DNA of 64,000 bases, taken from contig JBBQMH010000004.1 of NCBI GenBank assembly GCA_038328755.1, positions 2,193 to 66,192 on the forward strand, read 5' to 3'. This document shows, in pieces, positions 9,929 to 17,164 of the stretch (its first letter is position 1; every line of letters starts with the position of its first letter). A program made the translations under genes and the position numbers. The notes beneath the pieces were generated by a model that was not told where the DNA came from, searched no databases, and saw only the letters and a list, made by a program, of their open reading frames with translations. Source of the DNA: Candidatus Limnocylindrales bacterium (GTDB lineage: Bacteria; Chloroflexota; Limnocylindria; Limnocylindrales; CSP1-4).

Positions 9929-10186
9929 ATGACGAAGCACTCCCAGTTCGAGCGCCAGCGGCGCGCCACCGAGACAGAGCGAATCAAGGAAATCGAGCGC
10001 GCCTGGCAGGGCAGCATCCCGGCCGCGGTCGCCGCCGAATTCGCCGCCACGGTCAAGGCTGCCAAGGAGCGTGGGCCGCAGCCCAAGGCACCCGATATGG
10101 CGCCGGGCACCCTCCCGCGACCGCCCCGCCCAGGCCACGAGCCGAAGCCGAAGAAGGAAGAGGCGACCTCGCGTCGCCGGTCGTAG
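9929..10186 (+). CDS. hypothetical small charged protein (85 aa)
   Basis: ATG at 9929 preceded by GAGGGA. Codons look GC3-rich. No recognisable motif; the C-terminus is Pro/Lys/Arg-rich. Confidence 0.45.
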   Translation: MTKHSQFERQRRATETERIKEIERAWQGSIPAAVAAEFAATVKAAKERGPQPKAPDMAPGTLPRPPRPGHEPKPKKEEATSRRRS

Positions 10187-10189
10187 CCC

Positions 10190-10540
10190 GTGCGTCGTCG
10201 CAAGGTTACGTACCCACCAGCCAAGACGGCAACGAAGGGTCCGCCGCCCGTCCTGGGCGCTAACGACCCTCGCAATCCAGCGGGCCGAACCGTCTCCATC
10301 AACCTGTCGGCCATCTCCGGCCGGGGGTCGATTGGGCCCGGTGACCACGTCCGCATCCTGACCGGCCTCTACGCGGGCGAGGCTGCCGTCGTCGAATCCG
10401 AGGCAAACGGGGTCATCCCGGCCGTCATGGTCCGGACCGAGTCGGGTCACACCCGCCGGTCACGAACGGTCGACCTCGAGCCGATTCGTCCCGGAGCCGT
10501 GCCAGCGGCTGGCGCAGAGGAGCCCGCCGCCGAGGCCTGA
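10190..10540 (+). CDS. hypothetical protein with KOW-like motif (116 aa)
   Basis: GTG start 3 nt after the stop of the previous ORF. GDHVRILTGLYAGEAAVVESE...VMVRTESGHTRRSRTVDLEPI resembles a NusG-type KOW/SH3 barrel. Confidence 0.5.
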   Translation: MRRRKVTYPPAKTATKGPPPVLGANDPRNPAGRTVSINLSAISGRGSIGPGDHVRILTGLYAGEAAVVESEANGVIPAVMVRTESGHTRRSRTVDLEPIRPGAVPAAGAEEPAAEA

Positions 10541-10604
10541 GACAGCCGGGCCGGCGCGGACCCCGGCGCTCGGCCGACTGACCGATTCGACACGGAGGAG
10601 CAGG

Positions 10605-11504
10605 GTGCTGCGTCCCGCACAGAAGCTCGTGGTTCCGCTCGACGGCGGTGCCAGCGATCCTCACCTCGTCGGGGGCAAGGCTGCATCGTTGGTCAACCTC
10701 GTCGACCTGGGTTTTCGGGTGCCGCCGGGGTTCTGCCTCACGACCGAGGCCTTCGAAGTGCAGCGCCGCGCGACGCCTGGCATTCAGTCCCGGATCGATC
10801 GCCTGCCGGATGAGGCGGCGCGAACAGGGCTGGCAGCCGCGTTCGAAGGTGGCCCGCTCGAGCCGACCGTTGGAGCGGCGCTCGACCTCGGGATCCGCGA
10901 ACTCGTCTCTACGTTGAGCCGCACCACGAGCGCGGCGCCGCGATTCGCCGTGCGCTCTTCAGGGATCGGTGAGGACAGCTCTGCCGCGTCGTTCGCCGGG
11001 CTTCACGAAACAGAGCTTGACGTCGCCCCGGCTGACGTACCCGACGCCGTCCGCCGCTGTTGGGCATCCCTGTGGAGCGCCCCTGCCGTCGCCTATCGAC
11101 AGCGGCGCGGCCTGGAAGCCGACGGTGGCGGCATGGCGGTCGTCGTCCAGGCCCTGGTTCCTGCCGACGCCGCCGCGGTCGTGTTCACTCGCCACCCGGT
11201 CACAGCGCGGACGGACCAACTTGTCATCACCGCCGTTCGCGGGCTCGGCGATGCGATGGTGTCGGGAACCGTGACACCCGATACGTGGGTCATCGACCGG
11301 GACTCCCGCGCCATTGCGGACTACACGCCGGGGGACCGCGCGCCATCCCAGATCGGACCGGCGCTCGACGCCGTATCGCTGAACGACCTCGCCGAGCTCG
11401 CCGTGGCCGTTGAAATCAGCATCGGATCGGCCGTGGATATCGAAGCGGCGATGGCCGGCGGGACCTGGTACCTCCTCCAGGCACGTCCGATCACGACCCG
11501 ATGA
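10605..11504 (+). CDS. PEP/pyruvate-binding ATP-grasp domain protein (PPDK_N type)
   Basis: GGKAASLVNLVDLGFRVPPGFCLTTEAF, FAVRSSGIGEDSSAASFAGLHET, and ends at WYLLQARPIT, the usual end of the PpsA/RPH ATP-grasp domain. GGAGGAG lies 5 nt upstream of GTG 10605. Confidence 0.8.
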   Translation: MLRPAQKLVVPLDGGASDPHLVGGKAASLVNLVDLGFRVPPGFCLTTEAFEVQRRATPGIQSRIDRLPDEAARTGLAAAFEGGPLEPTVGAALDLGIRELVSTLSRTTSAAPRFAVRSSGIGEDSSAASFAGLHETELDVAPADVPDAVRRCWASLWSAPAVAYRQRRGLEADGGGMAVVVQALVPADAAAVVFTRHPVTARTDQLVITAVRGLGDAMVSGTVTPDTWVIDRDSRAIADYTPGDRAPSQIGPALDAVSLNDLAELAVAVEISIGSAVDIEAAMAGGTWYLLQARPITTR

Positions 11505-13195
11505 CGAACTCGTACCAGCGTCCGGCTGGCCCGAAGCCGGGGCACTCAAGTTCCTCGTCCGACGCGTTTCCAACGCCATGGGAGGACCACGCCGACCCCG
11601 ATCGATCGTGGTCGTGGGATGACATGCACATGCCGTTCGCGCTGGTGCCCCTTGCCGCTGACTACGTACGTACGCTCGGCCAGGGCTTCAACCTCGCCCC
11701 CCAGCAATTCGGTGGTTTCCCACAACGTTGGTACATCCGGATCTGGAACGGCTACGCCTACTTCGCCCAGGACGCCAACACGACCGAGGAGACGAAGGCG
11801 GACGTTGACGCTCGGTGGCTTGCCGTCCTCCGCGAGCGAGCGGAGGTCACCGCAACGTACTGGGCCGATGACGTACTCCCTGAACTCAAGGGGCTGGAGT
11901 CGCAGCTTCGGACGCTGCCAGTCGAAGATCTCGCCCCGACGCAACTCGCCGCCGGTTGGGACGAGGCGTGGGCCGCGGTTCGCCGCATGTGGGAATTGCA
12001 CTTCTGCATCATCCTCGGGCCTTATCAGGTCCTCGAGGACCTGGCCGATCTGTACGAGAAGGCGGTTCCGGGGGCGAGCCCCGGTGAGTCCCTCCGCCTG
12101 GTGCAGGGAACACGGAATGACCTCCTTGACGCCGAACTTGGGATCGAGCGGCTGGCCGAGGAGGCCGCGGCTCGTCCCGCAATCAGGCAGCTCCTCGCGG
12201 CCCAAGCGGGGGGCGACACCAGTGGTGGCCACGGGTCGGCACGCACCCGGCCGATCACGGACGAGATCCGGGAGCTCCCCGGGGGACCGTCCTTTCTGGT
12301 GGAACTCGATGCATTCCTTGCTCGACACGGGCGCCTGGGCCAGCCCTTTGACGATCTTGCGCTGCCGTCGTGGGCGGAGGCACCCGACCTTCTCCTCACC
12401 CAGCTCGGGATGCACCTCGCGAGACCGCCAGAACCGGCCGAGGCGCGGCGCGCGCGGTTGGCCGCCGACGCGGCATCCCTGGCCGACGGGGTTCGAGTGC
12501 GGCTGGCGACACAGCCAGAAACACTCCGGCAGTTCGAGCATCTCCTGTCACTCGCTCGCGCGATCGGCCCGTTGACGGAGGGCCACAACTACTGGATCGA
12601 CCGCCTGGCCCAGGCGCGCATTCGGAGCCTCGTTATGCGCGTCGGGCAGCGCCTGAAAGCGGAACGAAGTCTCGCCGATGCGGACGACATCCTGTTCCTG
12701 TCTCGCGACGAAATTCGCGACCTGATCCTCACGCCCCGTGGTACCAGCGAACTCGTGACCCAGCGACGCGCCGAGCATGCGGCGCAGCGGACCCTGACTC
12801 CCCCGCCGGAAGTCGGACGGGCCAGTACTCCGAGCACCGACCGGTTCGACGGCGAGCGGTTCACCTCGACCGAACCGGGCGTCCTGCGCGGAACTGGAGC
12901 CTCGGCCGGCGTCGTGCGCGGGCCCGCCCGGGTGACGCTCGGCTCAGAAGACTTTGGCCGGATCAGACCTGGGGACATCATCGTCTGCCCGTCCTCGAAC
13001 CCCTCCTGGGTGCCGGTCTTTGTCGTCGCAGCCGGCCTGGTCACGAATACGGGCGGAATCCTGTCCCATGCGGCCGTCGTGGCTCGTGAATTCGGATTGC
13101 CCGCCGTCGTGGGAACCGGGGACGCCACGTCCCGAATTGCCGACGGCCGGATGATCGAGATCGACGGCGCGACCGGGTTCGTGCGTCTCCTGTGA
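11501..13195 (+). CDS. PEP-utilising enzyme, central domain plus C-terminal phosphohistidine swivel domain
   Basis: The C-terminus GDIIVCPSSNPSWVPVFVVAAGLVTNTGGILSHAAVVAREFGLPAVVG is the mobile His domain. The start overlaps the previous stop (ATGA at 11501-11504). Confidence 0.8.
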   Translation: MTNSYQRPAGPKPGHSSSSSDAFPTPWEDHADPDRSWSWDDMHMPFALVPLAADYVRTLGQGFNLAPQQFGGFPQRWYIRIWNGYAYFAQDANTTEETKADVDARWLAVLRERAEVTATYWADDVLPELKGLESQLRTLPVEDLAPTQLAAGWDEAWAAVRRMWELHFCIILGPYQVLEDLADLYEKAVPGASPGESLRLVQGTRNDLLDAELGIERLAEEAAARPAIRQLLAAQAGGDTSGGHGSARTRPITDEIRELPGGPSFLVELDAFLARHGRLGQPFDDLALPSWAEAPDLLLTQLGMHLARPPEPAEARRARLAADAASLADGVRVRLATQPETLRQFEHLLSLARAIGPLTEGHNYWIDRLAQARIRSLVMRVGQRLKAERSLADADDILFLSRDEIRDLILTPRGTSELVTQRRAEHAAQRTLTPPPEVGRASTPSTDRFDGERFTSTEPGVLRGTGASAGVVRGPARVTLGSEDFGRIRPGDIIVCPSSNPSWVPVFVVAAGLVTNTGGILSHAAVVAREFGLPAVVGTGDATSRIADGRMIEIDGATGFVRLL

Positions 13196-14625
13196 ACTCG
13201 TCGCGGCCCGGGTCGCTGCTGACAGCAGCCATGCTCGGCGTCGCCAGCGGATCGGTCCTGGTGCCGCTGAACTCGACGATGCTGGCCGTGGCCCTGCCGG
13301 GAATCATGGACGAGTTTCACCTCGGCGCGGGCGCAGTGGCGTCGCTCGTCACGCTCTACCTCGGTGCCGTCGCGGTCGCCCTTCCGGTGAGTGGTTCGCT
13401 CGGTGATCGGTTCGGCCATCGACGCATGTTCCTGCTCGGCGTCGCCGTCTTTGCCCTGGCCTCAGCAGTCGCGGTCGGCGCAACGTCGTTCGGGCTCCTC
13501 CAGGCTGCCCGCGTGCTGCAGGCGGTGAGTGGTGCCTTCGTCTCCACCAGCTCGGCGGCACTGATCCGAGAATTTGCCCCTCCCGCCCGACGCGGCGAGG
13601 CATTCGGCCTGTTCGATCTCCTCGTCTCGACCTCCGCCGCTGCGGGACCGTTCATCGGCGGTGTGCTGGTCGGCCTGTTCGGATGGCGCAGCCTCTTCGT
13701 CGTGGCCGTGCCGGTGGCGGTGATCGCGCTGGCCAGCGTCGGTCTGCGCCGTTCGCCGGCCCCCGAGCCCGATCCGGCGTCGATCGCCGGACCTGCGGAG
13801 CTTGCCACTGTCAGCCCGCCGGCACGGCCGAGGACCCCACTGGACCTGCTCGGTCTCGCCCTGCTGGCGGCGATCATCGGCTCCTTCCTCATTGCGATTC
13901 GCGGTGGCGAGGGCGCGATTCCGATCGTGGCGGCCGTCGCGATCATCCCCCTGGGCGTTGTCTTCATCCGGTATGAACTGCGGATCGACCATCCAGCCGT
14001 CGACCCGCGGTTGTTCGGCCATCGACCCTTCGCCGCAGCCGTCGCCGGGGTGTTCGGCAGCACCATCGTGCTGCATGCCAGTTTCATCCTGATCCCGCTG
14101 CTGGTCGAGCGGATCCTGAGTGGGTCTGCAACCACGAGCGGCCTCGTCCTCCTCGGGATCTCCGGTGTGGCCGCCTTCGTCGCACCGCTTGGCGGTCGAG
14201 CCTCGGATCGCCGGGGCCGGCGCGCCCTGGTCGTCGCCGGGAGCCTCGTCATGGCGATTGGACTCACGGGCCTGTGGACGCCAGTGGGTGGCTCGTCGTT
14301 CGTGGCGATCGCCCTGCTGCTCGGGGTCGTCGGACTCGGGATGGGCCTGTCCGGGTCAGCCCGCCAGGCGGCAGCGTTCGAGGCCATCCGCCCGGAGCGT
14401 GTCGGGATGGCCGCGGGAACCTACTACACCGGCCGTTACCTGGGTGGCGTGGTCGGGGCCAGTCTCGCCGGTGCCCTCCTCGCCTCATCGGTTACGAGTG
14501 CCTCCGTTTCTCTTGGATTCGGGGTTCTCGTGCTCGTATCCCTGGCCGTAGCGCTGGCGTCGCTTGGCCTGCCGGGACGTCGATCACCGGAACCGACGGC
14601 AGCCGGCCCCGCATCTAGGCCCTAA
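13192..14625 (+). CDS. MFS transporter (drug:H+ antiporter-like)
   Basis: Many TM helices and the MFS loop motif LPVSGSLGDRFGHRRMFLLG. GTGA overlap with the upstream gene at 13192-13195. Confidence 0.85.
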   Translation: MNSSRPGSLLTAAMLGVASGSVLVPLNSTMLAVALPGIMDEFHLGAGAVASLVTLYLGAVAVALPVSGSLGDRFGHRRMFLLGVAVFALASAVAVGATSFGLLQAARVLQAVSGAFVSTSSAALIREFAPPARRGEAFGLFDLLVSTSAAAGPFIGGVLVGLFGWRSLFVVAVPVAVIALASVGLRRSPAPEPDPASIAGPAELATVSPPARPRTPLDLLGLALLAAIIGSFLIAIRGGEGAIPIVAAVAIIPLGVVFIRYELRIDHPAVDPRLFGHRPFAAAVAGVFGSTIVLHASFILIPLLVERILSGSATTSGLVLLGISGVAAFVAPLGGRASDRRGRRALVVAGSLVMAIGLTGLWTPVGGSSFVAIALLLGVVGLGMGLSGSARQAAAFEAIRPERVGMAAGTYYTGRYLGGVVGASLAGALLASSVTSASVSLGFGVLVLVSLAVALASLGLPGRRSPEPTAAGPASRP

Positions 14626-14650
14626 ACGCTCGCAAGTCTGCGTCCATCTC

Positions 14651-14679
14651 TTGTTATTTGCCATCTCTTCGGCCACAAT
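14651..14679 (+). promoter_or_regulatory. candidate sigma-70-type promoter (TTGTTA-N17-CACAAT), implying a leaderless or near-leaderless mod regulator mRNA
   Basis: The only AT-richer stretch in this neighbourhood. TTGTTA (14651-14656), a 17-nt spacer, CACAAT (14674-14679), then the ATG at 14688 only 8 nt downstream. Confidence 0.3.
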
Positions 14680-14687
14680 ACCTCGCT

Positions 14688-15119
14688 ATGACCAGTGAGA
14701 CAACGCGTTCGGCCAGTTCATCGACACAACACCTCCGGATGGGCCAGGCGGCCGAAATGCTCGGCGTGGGCGTCGACACCCTCCGACGCTGGGAATCGGC
14801 CGGACGACTCGGTGTCGAGCGGTCGGCGGGCGGCCAGCGTCTCGTCCCGATCTCGGAGGTCGTTCGGCTGCTCGAGTCCAGGCGACGGACACACCCAGAC
14901 CCCCGGGCCTCAACCCAATCGGCCCGCAACCGCTTTTCCGGCGTGATCACGAGGATCGAGGCGGATCGCGTTGCGGCCGTGGTCGAAGTGCTGGCTGGAG
15001 CGCATCGGATCGTGAGCCTGATGACGGCGGAGGCGGTCATCGAGATGGGCCTGGTGGTCGGAGATCGTGCCGTGTGCGTGGTCAAGGCCACGAACGTGAT
15101 CATCGAGGCTGGCGAGTGA
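14688..15119 (+). CDS. HTH (MerR/excisionase-type) plus TOBE/Mop molybdate-binding domain regulator (ModE-like)
   Basis: LRMGQAAEMLGVGVDTLRRWESAGRL is the HTH. NRFSGVITRIEADRVAAVVEV...VCVVKATNVIIE is the TOBE domain. Start placed at ATG 14688, downstream of the candidate promoter; the listed ORF start is 14658. Confidence 0.8.
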   Translation: MTSETTRSASSSTQHLRMGQAAEMLGVGVDTLRRWESAGRLGVERSAGGQRLVPISEVVRLLESRRRTHPDPRASTQSARNRFSGVITRIEADRVAAVVEVLAGAHRIVSLMTAEAVIEMGLVVGDRAVCVVKATNVIIEAGE

Positions 15120-15943
15120 GACTCGCGCCACATGGCGCCGCAGGACCGGGCCGCCCGCTGATCGCAGGGCTCGCGCTCGTGACCGTCGTGGGACTGCTGG
15201 TTGGCTGCGGGGCGGCCGGCCCGCCTCGACCTGGGACCACGACGCTGACGGTCTTTGGTGCCGCCTCGCTCGGTCCAGCCCTTCAGGCGCTTGGAACTGC
15301 CTATATGACGAGTTCAGCTGTCGAGATCGTGGTCTCGACTGGCTCGTCGACGACCCTGCGCACCCAGATCGAGCAGGGCGCCCAGCCGGACGTGTTCCTG
15401 TCCGCCGATCTCGCCAACCCCGAGGCGCTCATCGCAGCCGGATTGGTCGATGGCCCGCTCGTCCGGTTCGCCGGCAACCAACTGGCGGTCGTGGTCCCTG
15501 CCGACAACCCGGGGCACCTCCAGCAGCCAATCGACCTGGGCCGCCCTGGCGTTCGCGTCGTGGCCGCCGCCGACGGCGTTCCGATCACCGCGCACGCGTC
15601 CAGACTCCTGGCCCAGCTTTCGACGCTTCCAGGCGCACCAGCTGATCTGGCCGCTCGCTACGACGCCAACGTCGTCAGCCGCGAGGAAAGCGTCGCGGCC
15701 GTTCTCGCCAAGATCGAGCTCGCCGAGGGCGACGCAGCCGTGGTCTACGCCTCGGATGCCTCGGGCTCCACAAAGGTGACGAACCTGGCGATTCCGGCGG
15801 GCCGAAACGTCACCGCCAGCTACGGCGGCGTAGTCCCGTTCGGTGCTGCCAACCCGGTTGCGGCGCGGGCGTTCCTGACCTGGCTCGTCGGGCCCGAGGG
15901 ACAGCGCGTGCTTCTCGAATTCGGGTTCAGCCTTCCCCAATGA
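15116..15943 (+). CDS. modA: molybdate ABC transporter substrate-binding lipoprotein
   Basis: LTVFGAASLGPALQALG, DVFLSADLANPEAL, VVYASDA. The GTG at 15116 overlaps the regulator stop (GTGA) and yields a signal peptide with lipobox LLVGC. Confidence 0.85.
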   Translation: MRLAPHGAAGPGRPLIAGLALVTVVGLLVGCGAAGPPRPGTTTLTVFGAASLGPALQALGTAYMTSSAVEIVVSTGSSTTLRTQIEQGAQPDVFLSADLANPEALIAAGLVDGPLVRFAGNQLAVVVPADNPGHLQQPIDLGRPGVRVVAAADGVPITAHASRLLAQLSTLPGAPADLAARYDANVVSREESVAAVLAKIELAEGDAAVVYASDASGSTKVTNLAIPAGRNVTASYGGVVPFGAANPVAARAFLTWLVGPEGQRVLLEFGFSLPQ

Positions 15944-16731
15944 GCCGACGCCTTGTCATTGGGTCCGCTGCCCTGTTCGCCGTCTTCCTCGCACTGCCGG
16001 TGGGTACGCTCCTGGGACGGGCACTTGGCGTTGGTGATCTGCTCGCCGTGGCCCAGTCACCCGCCGTGGTCAACGCCCTGCGGCTGAGCCTTGCGACGAC
16101 GTTGACAAGCCTGGTCATCACGATCGGTTTCGGAACCCCGCTCGCGTACCTCCTGGCGCGACACCGATTCCCGGGTGCCACGCTGGTCGAAATCGTGATC
16201 GACCTCCCGTTGGTCCTCCCGCCGTCCGTTGCCGGCCTGGCCCTCCTCCTGGTCTTCGGCCGCCGCGGACTGCTGGGCGACTCGCTCGAAGCGCTCGGCG
16301 TGGCGATCCCATTCACGACCGTGGCCGTGATCCTGGCCCAGACCTTTGTCTCGGCGCCATTCTTCATCCGCGCCGCGCGGGCAGGTATCGCGTCGGTGCC
16401 ACGAGACCTCGAGGACGCGGCCCGCGTGGATGGCGCCACGGCATTGGGTGTGTTCCGCCACGTCACGGCAGCGCTCGCCGGGCCGGCTCTGGTGGCCGGC
16501 GTGGTCATGAGCTGGGCGCGCTCCCTGGGGGAATTCGGAGCCACCATTCTGTTCGCGGGGAATATCACCGGCCGGACGCAGACCCTGCCGCTGGTCGTCT
16601 ACTCGGAATTCGGGGCAGGCGATCTCGATGCGGCGATCGCAGCGGCCGCGGTGCTCGTACTGGCCGCAATCGGGATCCTGCTGGCTGTCCGGCTGTCCAG
16701 GGTCTCCCGCGACGTCGGCGCGCTGGTCTGA
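15940..16731 (+). CDS. modB: molybdate ABC transporter permease
   Basis: Binding-protein-dependent permease with DLEDAARVDGA...R.V (EAA loop) and multiple TM helices. ATGA overlap with modA. Confidence 0.9.
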   Translation: MSRRLVIGSAALFAVFLALPVGTLLGRALGVGDLLAVAQSPAVVNALRLSLATTLTSLVITIGFGTPLAYLLARHRFPGATLVEIVIDLPLVLPPSVAGLALLLVFGRRGLLGDSLEALGVAIPFTTVAVILAQTFVSAPFFIRAARAGIASVPRDLEDAARVDGATALGVFRHVTAALAGPALVAGVVMSWARSLGEFGATILFAGNITGRTQTLPLVVYSEFGAGDLDAAIAAAAVLVLAAIGILLAVRLSRVSRDVGALV

Positions 16732-16750
16732 CGCGTCTCCGAGGATTCGC

Positions 16751-17065
16751 TCAGCCGGGCGCGTCCCGGACGATCTCGGGGTTGACCACATCGGCCTCCT
16801 CGGGGTGGCGCAGGAGGTAGGCCCGGATGAACGGACAGCGCACTGTCACCCGTCGACCAGCGGACCGCGCCTCGGCCAGCGCATGACGCGCCAGCGCGGC
16901 CCCGACGCCTCGACCCTCGAAGGCGGGCAGGACCTCCATGTGAACGAGGATCTGGCGGTTGCCGGCCAGGCGATAGTCAAGGAACCCTGCCAGCTCCCGG
17001 TCGAGATGCGCCTCAAAGCGGCTTGCATCCACGATGTCCGCCAGGGTCAACTGCGGGCCGCTCAC
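16751..17065 (-). CDS. small GNAT-family N-acetyltransferase (YjdJ-like, about 100 aa)
   Basis: C-terminal part of a spurious 431-aa ORF: RFEAHLDRELAGFLDYRLAGNRQILVHMEVLPAFEGRGVGAALARHALAEARSAGRRVTVRCPFIRAYLLRHPE. Start is GTG 17065 or TTG 17050. Confidence 0.7.
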   Translation of the reverse strand: MSGPQLTLADIVDASRFEAHLDRELAGFLDYRLAGNRQILVHMEVLPAFEGRGVGAALARHALAEARSAGRRVTVRCPFIRAYLLRHPEEADVVNPEIVRDAPG

Positions 17066-17164
17066 GCCATGACGATAGCCGAGCCCCGATTCTCCGGCAG
17101 GGCCGGCCAACCCGACCGCGCGGCGCCCCCGGCGGCCCGGCTCATCGCCGACTATCCTCGATCC

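Noticed and set aside
16732-16750. Expected modC ATPase gene after modB
   Set aside because: No room and no Walker-A-containing ORF on either strand. modB is followed after 20 nt by a convergent GNAT gene. Its absence is reported in the mod-locus finding (14651-16731).
16628-17164. 759-aa version of the malic enzyme ORF starting inside modB
   Set aside because: The extra N-terminal 150+ residues overlap the modB 3' end and the whole convergent GNAT gene, and they show no malic enzyme similarity.
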